Below, piece by piece: positions 12,261-22,600 of a DNA stretch of 64,000 bases (positions within the stretch are counted from its first letter, which is position 1; every line of letters starts with the position of its first letter). The notes under the pieces were generated by a model. The model saw only the letters and a program-made list of their open reading frames with translations, had not been told where the DNA came from and ran no database searches. Made by a program: the position numbers and the translations under genes. The stretch is from contig JAKPDK010000070.1 of assembly GCA_029552745.1 (NCBI GenBank), forward strand, positions 325,268-389,267, given 5' to 3'. This DNA is from Candidatus Hydrogenedentota bacterium (GTDB lineage: Bacteria; Hydrogenedentota; Hydrogenedentia; Hydrogenedentales; SLHB01).

Positions 12261-13382
12261 ATGTTCTTTATTGGTGTTTTTACAACTTTATGGAGTGCTG
12301 TTACGCCGGTTTCGTCCCCAGACCTTCCCGTGAGTCTCATTTGTGTCGAGGCGGAGTCGGGATGGGTTTTGACTGAATCTAATGCGGATTTGCCGCGTCC
12401 GCCCGCCAGCATGATAAAGATGATGTTGATGTTGCTTGTAGCCGAGGGACTAGAGGCAAACGCTTGGACGCTAGAGACTCCCATAACGGTAACGGCGCAT
12501 GCAGCAGGTATTGGCGGTTCCCAGGTCTATTTGAAGGAAGGAGAGGTCTGGCCTCTGGACCACATGATGCGGGCGGTATGTGTTGCATCAGCTAATGATG
12601 CGGCTATGGCTGTTGCCGAAGCACTTTGGGGAAGTGAGTCCGCCTATTTGGAGGCTGCGAATCGCCGTGCAAAAGCGTTGGGATTGAGCGAAACCCGCAT
12701 CAATAGTGTTCATGGTTTGCCGCCGGATCCCGGTCAGGAGTTTGACAGGACGACTGCGCGGGACATGGCAACCTTGGCGCGTTGGTGTGTGAAAAAAACC
12801 ATCTTATTGGAGTGGGCTCGGCAGAAGGAACTGCAGTTCCGGCCTGGTGAAAGTGTCAAGTACAACACCAATAAACTCTTGTGGCGTATGGCTGAATGCG
12901 ACGGCCTAAAAACCGGCTATACACGGGCTGCTGGTTTTTGTGTCACGGCGACGGCGGTTCGGGACGGAGTGCGTTTGATTGGTGTGGTTATGGGTGAGAA
13001 GCAATTGCAAGAACGGTTCAACACGGGACAAGCTCTTCTCGAAGGGGTCTTTTCGGAACTTCGCCGTGTTCCTTATTTGACGAAAGGTCAGCCGGTAGGC
13101 CCGCAGATCCGGGTGGCTAATTCTCCTGTGGACCAGATTCTTTTAGTGAGTCGCGAGGACATCCATGTAGCCGTAAGGGAAAAAGACCGGTCTCGCTTAA
13201 CCTTGGTTGTACAATGTCCGGAAAGACTGCGCGCTCCCTTGTATCCCGGCGACGAGGTGGGTCTGGGCTTGGTGCAGATTGAAGGCTACACCTTGGCGAA
13301 AATTCCCCTTACAGTTTCTTCAGAAGTACCAGAAGGTGGGTGGCGTTGGAAACTTGCCAAGTCCGCCCTACGACACAACTAA
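12261..13382 (+). CDS. D-alanyl-D-alanine carboxypeptidase (peptidase S11, PBP5/6-like)
   Basis: Signal peptide, SxxK (PASMIK), SxN (SAND) and KTG (LKTGYT) motifs. AGAGGAG RBS. Confidence 0.8.
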   Translation: MFFIGVFTTLWSAVTPVSSPDLPVSLICVEAESGWVLTESNADLPRPPASMIKMMLMLLVAEGLEANAWTLETPITVTAHAAGIGGSQVYLKEGEVWPLDHMMRAVCVASANDAAMAVAEALWGSESAYLEAANRRAKALGLSETRINSVHGLPPDPGQEFDRTTARDMATLARWCVKKTILLEWARQKELQFRPGESVKYNTNKLLWRMAECDGLKTGYTRAAGFCVTATAVRDGVRLIGVVMGEKQLQERFNTGQALLEGVFSELRRVPYLTKGQPVGPQIRVANSPVDQILLVSREDIHVAVREKDRSRLTLVVQCPERLRAPLYPGDEVGLGLVQIEGYTLAKIPLTVSSEVPEGGWRWKLAKSALRHN

Positions 13383-13406
13383 GTATATCTGTACTGATAG
13401 GATGCG

Positions 13407-14069
13407 TCAGGTCTTGCCCTGTTGTGCGGCGGAAGACCTTAGGCGCATGATGGCCTCTTTGTATGATGGGTTATTGTAAATATAGGAACCCGCCACCAAA
13501 ACATTTGCACCGGCCTTAACGACCTCTGGGGCAGTTAGCGGGTCTATGCCGCCGTCAACCTCCAGGTCTCTTTCTCCCAACATGGAGCGAACGTAACTGA
13601 TTTTCCTTATCATTTCCGGAATAAACTTTTGTCCGCCAAAGCCCGGGTTCACGGTCATGATGAGGACCATGTCTACGTACTCCACCAAGAACTCGATTTC
13701 GTCTTGGGACGTTCCGGGATTTAAGACAATTCCAGCTTGGCAACCGAGGTCTTTGATCTTCATCAGCGTGCGATGAGGATGCAACGCTGCCTCAACATGA
13801 AACGTGATGATATCAGCACCGGCATTGGCGAAGTCTTCAACAAACTCATCGGGATTTGTAATCATAAGATGTACATCAAGAGGGACGCTCGCGTGTTCCC
13901 GCAAGCGGGCAACCACCGGCGGGCCGATGGTAATGTTCGGGGTAAAATGGCCATCCATCACGTCTACATGAATCCAATCGGCGCCGGCTTCTATGACGGC
14001 ACGAATTTCTTCTCCGAGTCGGCTAAAATCTGAAGACAAAATCGACGGAGCAATCTTAAGCTGGGGCAC
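13407..14069 (-). CDS. rpe: ribulose-phosphate 3-epimerase
   Basis: IAPSILSSDF...HVDVMDGHFTPNIT...HLM is the Rpe family. The ORF track extends to a TTG at 14126. An internal GTG preceded by GGAGGAG (start near 14069) gives a canonical length and only a small overlap with the upstream gene. Confidence 0.85.
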   Translation of the reverse strand: MPQLKIAPSILSSDFSRLGEEIRAVIEAGADWIHVDVMDGHFTPNITIGPPVVARLREHASVPLDVHLMITNPDEFVEDFANAGADIITFHVEAALHPHRTLMKIKDLGCQAGIVLNPGTSQDEIEFLVEYVDMVLIMTVNPGFGGQKFIPEMIRKISYVRSMLGERDLEVDGGIDPLTAPEVVKAGANVLVAGSYIYNNPSYKEAIMRLRSSAAQQGKT

Positions 14070-15228
14070 TGTTTTCTCCTCCTGAAACGTCAAAATCCCT
14101 GACGACGGGTTCTGCGTCGCCTTCAAAGAAAAATGATTTTGCTTTGTTTCCGTCTAAATAGATTTCAACGGTAACTTGTTCTTCGTAAAGCAAAGGTTGT
14201 GTGATACGTGTTCCTGCATCGTATTTTGGGGGTTGCCCATCCTCATAGTCTTCTAAACGAGGAAATAATTGAAACGGTATTCCGTCTTTACCGATGGCAA
14301 CGATTCTCACTTCCTTTCGAAATAGTCCCTGGGGAACTGTAAATACGACTGATGCTTCCCGCCAAGCACCGGGGATTTTATTGTCAGACCGTATACGGAA
14401 CTTGACCACCGTGCCTGGTGTCACGGGGGTGTTTGGAACGGGGTCCTGATCCAAAACTATATCGAGTGGTGCGTCTGCGCGGCGCACCAAGATGGGGCGT
14501 GGCTCCAAACCAAGTTCGGTTAGTGTCGTTGACGCATGGGTGTACGAGAGTCCGGTGATATTTGGCATGGCAAAATTGCGCGCCGTTCCTGAGCCTGAAC
14601 TTACGAGCAACGCGATATTGCTTCCCCGGGGTGCCCGTTTGCCCGGAGGGGGATCTTGGCCGATGACCATACCCGGTGGGGAAGCACTGGGGATCCGTGC
14701 CACTGGTAGTATCAGAGAAAACTGACTTGTGGTTGTTATACCTTGTTCTACCTCAGAAAGTGACTTTCCAATATAGCGAGGGACTTCCTCCAGATCGGGA
14801 CCAACACTTACCACCAAATCGACTCGTCTCCCCGTTCGAACCACTTTCCCTGCCGCGGGACGTTGGGCAATGACCGTATTAGCGGGTTCGGATGCCGAGA
14901 GTTTTTCTTCTGTTTTCCCCACTTGCAATCCCGAACGATAAATCTCCTCATAGGCGGAACTAAGCGGTTGGTTCACCACGTTCGGAATAGCGACATAATT
15001 CCCGCCTTGGACAGAGTGGAGAAAGACCAAGTAGCCCGCGGCTGCCATTGCTCCAAATAGAAGGGCTGTTGCGACAGTCCACTTTAAGGACCATCCGACA
15101 AAGCGGAAAAAAAACACAGTCAGATTTAGGATTGTTTCCGCAATCTTGTCCAGAAAAAGCCGTCCATATTGTCGCGATGGGGCAGTGTTTGATAAATCCC
15201 GGTTTTTTTTCGCCATTTGTTTAGCCAT
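14056..15228 (-). CDS. membrane protein with three PASTA domains and no kinase or transpeptidase domain
   Basis: N-terminal TM helix, then three repeats of the PASTA pattern (IPNVVNQPLSSA..., VPRYIGKSLSEVEQ..., MPNITGLSYTHASTTL...). The 5' end overlaps the rsmB 3' end by about 90-100 nt. Confidence 0.65.
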   Translation of the reverse strand: MAKQMAKKNRDLSNTAPSRQYGRLFLDKIAETILNLTVFFFRFVGWSLKWTVATALLFGAMAAAGYLVFLHSVQGGNYVAIPNVVNQPLSSAYEEIYRSGLQVGKTEEKLSASEPANTVIAQRPAAGKVVRTGRRVDLVVSVGPDLEEVPRYIGKSLSEVEQGITTTSQFSLILPVARIPSASPPGMVIGQDPPPGKRAPRGSNIALLVSSGSGTARNFAMPNITGLSYTHASTTLTELGLEPRPILVRRADAPLDIVLDQDPVPNTPVTPGTVVKFRIRSDNKIPGAWREASVVFTVPQGLFRKEVRIVAIGKDGIPFQLFPRLEDYEDGQPPKYDAGTRITQPLLYEEQVTVEIYLDGNKAKSFFFEGDAEPVVRDFDVSGGENSAPA

Positions 15229-16463
15229 TCCGGACCGTCTTCTGGTATAACTGACTCGGTAGCAATAATTCTGTCAATCACCTTTTCAGTTTCTGCGGGG
15301 GTAAACGTGCAGACTCCGTAAACAAGGACGCCGTCATTTTTGCAAAGCGATATAGCGGAACGCAAGAGTCTCTCCTGCATGGTGCTGCAGTTCTCCAGGT
15401 CTTCGTGTTGCAATCTCCACTTGATGTCTGGATGTCTTCGCAGGGTACCTAGTCCGCTGCAAGGGGCATCTACCAGGACGCGATCAAACGACTTCTCTTG
15501 AAAAGGCGGCGTTAAACCATTGGCGCAGACGACGTGAACTCCCTCGGCGTTAAGACGAAGGACGTTCTGGATGATTAATTTGGTTCTTCCAAAGTGGACG
15601 TCGGCAGCAATGATCCGGGCTTGTTTACCTGTCTTTTCGGCAAGGTGCGTTGTCTTTCCTCCGGGAGCCGCACAGATATCCAGTATGAGATCTTTTGATT
15701 TTGGTTCCAGAAGATGACAGCCCAGCATCGCAGCGGGATCTTGCATCATACAAAAGCCTTCTCGAAACCACTTTGAACGAATTGAAAGGCTGCCTTTCAG
15801 CAGGGTGACTTCTTCAGGTATGGGTGTTTCTTTTGACGCAGGGAAACCTTCATCTATCAAATTCTGGAGGAAATCTTTGGGTTCGATACGGCTTGTGTTT
15901 ACCCTTAACGTAGCCGGGGCAGGTTCTTCTAAGGCTTGACATAATTGTTTGGTTTCTTCGATACCCAACTGTGCTATCCACATTTCCAAGATCCATGTCG
16001 GAACAGAATAGCGAGTCCTTAAAAATTCTATTGGCTCATTCCGAGGATTTGGGAGTGGCACATTGTCCAAAGACTTTGGTAGTCGCCGTACGACAGCATT
16101 CACGAGACGTGCGGTGCCGGAATGGCCATATTTTTTTGCGAGCTCGACGCTTGTGTGGGTCAATGCCGGTGGCGTGACCTGATTACAAAACAAGGCTTGA
16201 AAGGCAGCCATCCGCAAAATAGCTAATATGGGACGAGGCAGATGTTCCAGCGGTTGCGTGACCAAGCGTTGGAGTATGTGGTCTACCAGCAGCCTATGTC
16301 TCACGGTTCCGCATACGAGTTGAGTGAAAAAACGTTTTCCTCGCTCGCTAAGTTGTTTCTTACTTAGCAAGGCATCACTTGCTAAATCAAGAAAAGCGCC
16401 GTGTTCGAACACACGAAGGAGGACTTGCACGGCAGCATCTCGGACGGGATCAACTTTTGGCAT
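15126..16463 (-). CDS. rsmB: 16S rRNA (cytosine967-C5)-methyltransferase
   Basis: NusB-like N-terminus followed by a SAM methyltransferase core (DICAAPGGKT...DAPCSGLGTLRRHPD). Confidence 0.85.
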   Translation of the reverse strand: MPKVDPVRDAAVQVLLRVFEHGAFLDLASDALLSKKQLSERGKRFFTQLVCGTVRHRLLVDHILQRLVTQPLEHLPRPILAILRMAAFQALFCNQVTPPALTHTSVELAKKYGHSGTARLVNAVVRRLPKSLDNVPLPNPRNEPIEFLRTRYSVPTWILEMWIAQLGIEETKQLCQALEEPAPATLRVNTSRIEPKDFLQNLIDEGFPASKETPIPEEVTLLKGSLSIRSKWFREGFCMMQDPAAMLGCHLLEPKSKDLILDICAAPGGKTTHLAEKTGKQARIIAADVHFGRTKLIIQNVLRLNAEGVHVVCANGLTPPFQEKSFDRVLVDAPCSGLGTLRRHPDIKWRLQHEDLENCSTMQERLLRSAISLCKNDGVLVYGVCTFTPAETEKVIDRIIATESVIPEDGPEWLNKWRKKTGIYQTLPHRDNMDGFFWTRLRKQS

Positions 16464-17396
16464 CTAGGTCGTTTCGAATTTAGAGCCCACGTCAATTTTC
16501 CTGCCACGTAAGAATTCCGCAGTAGTCATCCGACGTTTTCCGGGCATCTGGAGTTCGCGAATAGCAAGGGTACCTTCCCCGGTTGCAACGATAATAGCAT
16601 CTTTTGTGACTTCCGTGATGGTTCCCGGTTCTGCGGGGGCGGTACTCTGCAAGGGCTCTGTTTTGAAGATTCTCATGGTTTCTCCCCGATAGCTGGAAAA
16701 GGCAACAGGCCAAGGAATCGCGGCTCGTACGAGATTATGAATGGCTATCGCGGGCTTATTCCAGTGTATTAGGCCGTCGGATTTTTCGAAGAGTTTACAA
16801 TAGGTCGCCTGAGAGTCATCTTGCGGGGTAAATGAAGCCCGGCCTGTCTCCAATAACGTTATCGCTTCATTCAGTAAAGTGGCGCCAACTTGTGCTAGTC
16901 GATTTGTAAGGGAAAGCGACGTATCTTCAGGATAAATGGGAGCCTCTACTTGGAGCATGATAGGACCCGCATCCATTTCTAGCGTGACTTTCATAATCGT
17001 CACGCCTGTTTTTGTTTCTCCGTTCAGGATCGATGTCTGAATGGGTGAAGGACCTCTGTATTTGGGTAGCAGGCTAGGGTGAATGTTGAGAAACCCCATA
17101 CGGGGCACATCCAGGATGGGCTGTTTGAGAAGGCGGCCGTACGCCGCGACAACACATAAGTCGGGCGCGTGCGTTCTTAACCAGGCTTCGAACGTTCCAT
17201 CATTGAGTTTTTCTGGTTGACACACGGTCACGCCGTGTTGAATAGCCCACTCCTTCACAGGTGGCGGGACAGGTTTTCTGCCGCGTCCTTGTTCCTTGTC
17301 AGGTTGACAGACTACGGCCAGAAGGTTTGTGCGGCGGCGCAGGACTTCAAGCGCGGGAATACCTAGTTCTGGTGTACCGAAAAAGATAGTGCGCAT
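16464..17396 (-). CDS. fmt: methionyl-tRNA formyltransferase
   Basis: MRTIFFGTPE...NIHPSLLPKYRG (formyltransferase SLLP motif). The ATG at 17396 is preferred over the longer ORF running to 17435. Confidence 0.9.
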   Translation of the reverse strand: MRTIFFGTPELGIPALEVLRRRTNLLAVVCQPDKEQGRGRKPVPPPVKEWAIQHGVTVCQPEKLNDGTFEAWLRTHAPDLCVVAAYGRLLKQPILDVPRMGFLNIHPSLLPKYRGPSPIQTSILNGETKTGVTIMKVTLEMDAGPIMLQVEAPIYPEDTSLSLTNRLAQVGATLLNEAITLLETGRASFTPQDDSQATYCKLFEKSDGLIHWNKPAIAIHNLVRAAIPWPVAFSSYRGETMRIFKTEPLQSTAPAEPGTITEVTKDAIIVATGEGTLAIRELQMPGKRRMTTAEFLRGRKIDVGSKFETT

Positions 17397-17436
17397 TGTG
17401 TGTTTTGAAAAAGTAGAAGAATTTTTATCAGACAAA

Positions 17437-17775
17437 TTAAGTAGTCAGCCCAGGGATATCTAATCCCCCTGTAATCTCACGCATTTTGTTTTCCACTATT
17501 TCTTGGACTTTTCTCACTGCCTCATTGATGGCAGCTTTCACCAGGGTTTCTAAAGTTTCCGGGTCATTTTGGTCAATGATTTCGGGATCGATATGGATGG
17601 AGATCACTTCAAATCGTCCTGTCATGACTACGACGACCATGCCCCCGCCAGCGGATGCTTCAATGGTCAGTTCGCCCAGTTGTGTTTTAAGTTCTTCTAC
17701 TCGGGCTTTCAGGTCCATTGCCTGTTTCAGCATGCCCGTAAGATTGCCCAGATTTCCAAGACCTTTGGGTAGCAC
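17437..17775 (-). CDS. ybaB: nucleoid-associated protein YbaB/EbfC
   Basis: 112 aa. GNLGNLTGMLKQAMDLKARVEEL... is the YbaB family pattern. Confidence 0.85.
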   Translation of the reverse strand: MLPKGLGNLGNLTGMLKQAMDLKARVEELKTQLGELTIEASAGGGMVVVVMTGRFEVISIHIDPEIIDQNDPETLETLVKAAINEAVRKVQEIVENKMREITGGLDIPGLTT

Positions 17776-17972
17776 GTTTTAACACCTTTCGATTGGTTTC
17801 GTTCCTTTCTGCAAGTGATCATGATACACAATAAGTACTATAATAGGAAATTGAGAAGGGTCTCAGGACTGAGAATATCCTTTTCGGAGGAGATTAAGAA
17901 AATTCTAACGAAAATTTCATAAGATTTCGTGTAGAATCTCATTTGCCCAGTGAAAACGAGGGAGTCCATTAC

Positions 17973-18821
17973 ATGTCTGCAGAAATTCCCCTGACCACTG
18001 CACTTACGATAGGGACACCCAATTTATCAAGTGGTACGTTTGCCAAGTGGAACGAGGTAGACGTTGCTGTTTTTCCGGAGAAGACGAGGGGTATTTATGG
18101 GGTTGGTGTCGTTTCTTCCGACCGGGCGCTTGAAGAGGTTTTGCGTCTACGTTATGAAGTTTTTAATTTGGAGTTGGGGGAAGGACTACCAGAATCTTTT
18201 TTAACGGGGCTTGACCGAGATGAATTTGATGACCAAATGACCCATTTGGTCCTTTTGGATATGGCTACCTCTCGTATTGTGGGTACTTACCGGTTGCAGA
18301 CTGTCCAGCATGCACTAGCCGCAAAAGGGTTGTATTGTTCCAAAGAATTTGATCTGACGCCGCTTACTCCCTATTTCCCGCTGGCGGTTGAATCGGGCAG
18401 GGCGTGTATTGCGCGGGAACACCGCTGTTTTGCTGCTGTTCTAACCTTGTGGTTAGGTATCGGGGAGTTTATGAACTTTTATGGTCAGCGATATGTTTTT
18501 GGTTGCTGTTCTATAACAACTCGAGACCCTGACGACGGTTGGCGGGCGATGAAGACAATCATGGCGAAGCAATATTTGCATCGAGATCTCCGTCTGAAAG
18601 CTCAACAAGCCTATCGCTGCGGGGAGCCCGAACGGTTGTATGACCCGACCCTTGGGAATGCCATTTCTCTGCCGAAGCTTTTTCGTGTTTACATGGGCTT
18701 GGGAGCGAAAGTGGTTTCGGAGCCTGCAATAGATCGAGACTTCGGCACTGTGGATTTTCTTGTCATGTTGGATGGTTTTCAAGTTGCCCTTTCGGGTCTG
18801 GACGTACTTAAGAAGAGTTAA
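17973..18821 (+). CDS. olsB: OlsB-like GNAT-fold N-acyltransferase (aminolipid synthesis, first step)
   Basis: LRLRYEVFNLELGEG... resembles OlsB/Acetyltransf_5. It is immediately followed by a PlsC-like acyltransferase. ATG with a GAGGGAG RBS. Confidence 0.6.
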   Translation: MSAEIPLTTALTIGTPNLSSGTFAKWNEVDVAVFPEKTRGIYGVGVVSSDRALEEVLRLRYEVFNLELGEGLPESFLTGLDRDEFDDQMTHLVLLDMATSRIVGTYRLQTVQHALAAKGLYCSKEFDLTPLTPYFPLAVESGRACIAREHRCFAAVLTLWLGIGEFMNFYGQRYVFGCCSITTRDPDDGWRAMKTIMAKQYLHRDLRLKAQQAYRCGEPERLYDPTLGNAISLPKLFRVYMGLGAKVVSEPAIDRDFGTVDFLVMLDGFQVALSGLDVLKKS

Positions 18822-18822
18822 G

Positions 18823-19662
18823 ATGAGTGGTTTTAAGGGTGGGACCGTGACCACTTTGGCTGCTGATGGTGCTGTAAAAGCGGCGAAGTGGCATCCGATA
18901 TTGGCGGTATGCCGACTCGGTGCCGTGTGTGTTGTCACCCTCCTTTCTTATTGCGGGTTTTTATTACAGGCAAGGTTTGAGGTTCCAACCAAGAAATTGA
19001 CAGTCGCCAAGTGCTGGACACGTCGGTGGGCGAAAGCACTCGCCCGAATTTTGGGAATTCACATTGAAAGCAATGGCATTGCTGCGGCTAACGGCGTGCT
19101 CCTGGTTCCCAATCATTCGGGTTATGTGGATGATATTGCGTTGGCTTCTCTCGTGGAATGTTTCTTCGTTGGAAAGATCGAAGTCACTTCATGGCCGGTT
19201 ATCGGGCGGTTGTTCTGCTCGACTTATCAAATCTCAGTTAGTCGAGATGATTTCCTTGGCCTGGATGAAGCAGTGACGAAGGTTTCGGATCGTTTACGCG
19301 CAGGACACACCGTTTGTGTTTTTCCTGAGGGGACATCGACGGGTAACGATTGTATGTTACCCTTTCGTTCGCCGATGTTTGAAGCGGCTCTTCTCGCTGA
19401 GGCGCCGATTGTGCCAGTCGGTATTCGGTGGAGCGCTAGTGACCCAAGTATCCAAATCAGCGAGGATGTGGCTTATTGGAAGGATCATATCTTTGCGAAA
19501 CACGCCTGGCGGCTGCTTGGTTTGCGAGGGATTCACGTCAAAATCGTTTTTGGAGAGCCGCTGGACGGCAAAGGGAAGGATCGGAAAACACTCGCGCGGC
19601 TTGCCCAAGAACGCATTGCCAACATGACAGGACTTCCCGTAAGGCGCGGACCAGAATTGTAA
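18823..19662 (+). CDS. olsA: lysophospholipid (PlsC-family) acyltransferase, OlsA-like
   Basis: HX4D motif (NHSGYVDD) and FPEGT motif. The ATG lies 1 nt after the olsB stop. Confidence 0.7.
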   Translation: MSGFKGGTVTTLAADGAVKAAKWHPILAVCRLGAVCVVTLLSYCGFLLQARFEVPTKKLTVAKCWTRRWAKALARILGIHIESNGIAAANGVLLVPNHSGYVDDIALASLVECFFVGKIEVTSWPVIGRLFCSTYQISVSRDDFLGLDEAVTKVSDRLRAGHTVCVFPEGTSTGNDCMLPFRSPMFEAALLAEAPIVPVGIRWSASDPSIQISEDVAYWKDHIFAKHAWRLLGLRGIHVKIVFGEPLDGKGKDRKTLARLAQERIANMTGLPVRRGPEL

Positions 19663-19689
19663 TTACTTGCCTCCTGCCACACGTCTCCG

Positions 19690-22600
19690 TCAAGAAGAAG
19701 GGCTCTCATAAGGAGTTGCAACCGCGGCCTCTTGATTTTCCTCAGAACGAGTTAAACGTGCATGGGCAAGGTCTTCGATGATCACATAAACGGCGGGCAC
19801 AATAACCAAAGATATTAAGGTTGCAATCAAGATGCCGTAGCCGAGTGAAAGCGCCATTGGAATAAGGAATTTTGCTTGTCTTGACGTCTCAAATATCATA
19901 GGCGCCAACCCACCAAAGGTTGTCAATGTGGTTAACATGATTGGCCTGAAACGCTGGATTGCAGCTTCGTGGATGGCTTCCCGGTGATTGATTTTTCTCT
20001 CTTCTTGCAATCGGTTGGCAAAATCGATCATTACTAGAGAGGCATTTACTACCACCCCTGCTAACGCCACAATCCCAAAGATACTTGGTATCGATAGGTC
20101 ATATCCCATGAGTAAGTGACCAAGCAAGGCACCGACAATCCCGAAAGGAATGCTCAGCATCACCACAAGCGGCTGGGTGTAGCTGCGGAATGGGATAGCA
20201 AGTAGAGCATAGATTGCCAGCAATGCCAAAAGAAATGTGACTTTCAAACTTGCCATACTATCGCGGATTTGGGCTTGTTGTCCCTCAAAACTATAGCTTA
20301 AGCCCGGATGATTCTTGACAAACTGGGGTAAAACATTATCGGATAAGTCCGCAAGCACCTCATTTAACTTTCTTCTCGGGGTAATATCTGCGGTTACCTG
20401 AATGACCCGTCGCCCATTTCTTCGTTCAATCGTAGTATAAGCCCGATCACGCTGAAACATGGCGATTTCTCGAAATGGAACGAATGCCCCGGATGGGGTT
20501 CTGATAAGCAGATTTTCGATGGTGTGTTCGGAGGAACGTTCTGCTTTGGGGAGACGCACCATTACTTTTATTTCGTTTCTGCCTCGCTGCTGGCGGAGCA
20601 CTTCAGCCCCATAGAACGCATGGCGAAGTTGCCGTGCCACTTCCCGCGGTGTCAACCCCAAACTTCTGCCCTCAGGTTTCAACATAAAATTGATCTGGGG
20701 CTTGCCTGGACGGAACCCGTCATCTACATCAGACACGCCAGGGTAGGAAGCCAGAATTGCAGCAAGTTCTGGGCCGGCTTTCTCTAACATGCTCATGTCT
20801 CGGTGGCTCAACTCAACAGTTATGGGGCGAGCACCGCCGCCGGGTCCACCCGACTCCGAACTGAATCGTAGTGATTTTACTCCAGGTACTTCGCCTGTTT
20901 CGGCGCGCCAACGTTGAACAAATTCCTCTGTGCCCATGATTTTTTTTCGGATTTCAGGTTCGGGCAGCTGGACGCGCACTCTGCCCGCATGGCTTCCCCC
21001 TTGCCCAATATCAGCGATGATCCCTTGACAAAGCTCGGGGTGGCCTGATTGCTCGACAACTCGCAGCGCGGCTTCTTGAATCTTGTCAACAATAGCCCTG
21101 GTCTGCTGGACAGGGGCGCCATAGGGCAGTTCCACGCGAGCGTCAGCAAAATCGGATTCTACTATGGGGAATTGTTGAAATCCCATTCTGCCGCTCATGG
21201 CATAGGAGACGGATAGCGCGAGAGAAGCAAGAGCCAGTGCGATGCAGAGATATCGGTGACGAATCACCATCCATAGGAAGGGGCCGTATATATCGCGGAC
21301 CCAATGCATGAATTTTCGGCTGAACCATTGTTGCTTTTCATGCAACCAACGGTTGATGCCTTGGCGGCGGCGTTCTTTAGCATGTCCCAGCTGAGCGGGG
21401 AGGATGTAGAGGCATTGTACCAATGATATTAGAAAAACAACGGTAATCACTACGGGGATCATCCTGAAGATCTTGCCTAGGAACCCTGGGATAAAATAAA
21501 TGGGAACGAAGGAAGCGATGTTGGTTAAGATACTGTACGTGACTGCTGTACTCACCTCCTCCGAGGCATATCTGGCAGCTTCCAGTAATTTCATCCCTTT
21601 TTGGTGGTAATGATATACATTCTCTCCAACCACGATTCCCACATCGACCACCATGCCCAACGCCAGGATATAGGCAAATAAAGAAACCATGTTGATTGTG
21701 ACATCCGTAGCGGGCAGAAGAAGAAACGAACCCAAGAACGCTATTGGGATGCTGGTCATGACCCAAAATGCAAGACGTGCCTCCAAAAAAAGCCCCAAAA
21801 TGATGAGCACCAATAGGAGCCCTTCTGCGCCGTTCTTAAGCAAGAGCGTCAGACGTTGTTTATAAATATCAGATTGATCGTTGTAGACAGAGACCGATAC
21901 GCCCGAAGGCAGGGTGGTTTGGAATTCTTCGAGAATTTTTCTTGCAGCTCGGGAAACTTGGATCGGCGTTTCTTTGCCCACCCGAAATACATCCAGCAAA
22001 ACAGCTGGTTTGCCATTGTACAAGGAGTAACGGTCGGTTTCGGCAAAACTATCATTAATGGAGGCGATATCGTTTAGGAGTTGTTGTGTTCCCTTTGGTG
22101 TGTTTAATATGGGCAACTTAGCGAACTGTTCTCCGTAATCTCGTCGCTCTTTGGAGCGTACCAATACCTCGCCACTTTCGGTCTTCACTCCACCGGACGG
22201 GATGTCTTGAGAGGCAACCGCCAAGCGCGATGCGATTTCCCCTAACGTCAAATTATACTGTCGGAGGGCATTCTCTGGTACCTCGATACTAATTTCCAGG
22301 GGTGGAAGGCCCTCCACATCCACTTGGGTAATGTCAGGTGATTGTATCAACCAGTCCCGGAGCTGCTCAGCAAGCTGGTGAAGGCTGGTGTCAGGGAGGT
22401 CGCCGTAAATGACAGCAGTCAATACCTCGCGACGGCGTGTGTCAATGCGTACTTGGGGCTCTTCAGCGTCTTCGGGGAAAGTGACGATACGGTCCACTTC
22501 GCTTTTCACATCCTGTCCAAGTTGTTGAATGTCGACTCCGACGAGCGCTTCAACTGTGACGGCGCCTCCGCCTTCGCGTGCCATAGAGGTCACTTCGTGA

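Noticed and set aside
13407-14126. Long form of rpe starting at the TTG at 14126, giving a 70-nt overlap with the PASTA gene
   Set aside because: An internal GTG with a near-perfect GGAGGAG RBS gives a canonical Rpe N-terminus (..PQLKIAPSILSSDF) and only a small overlap.
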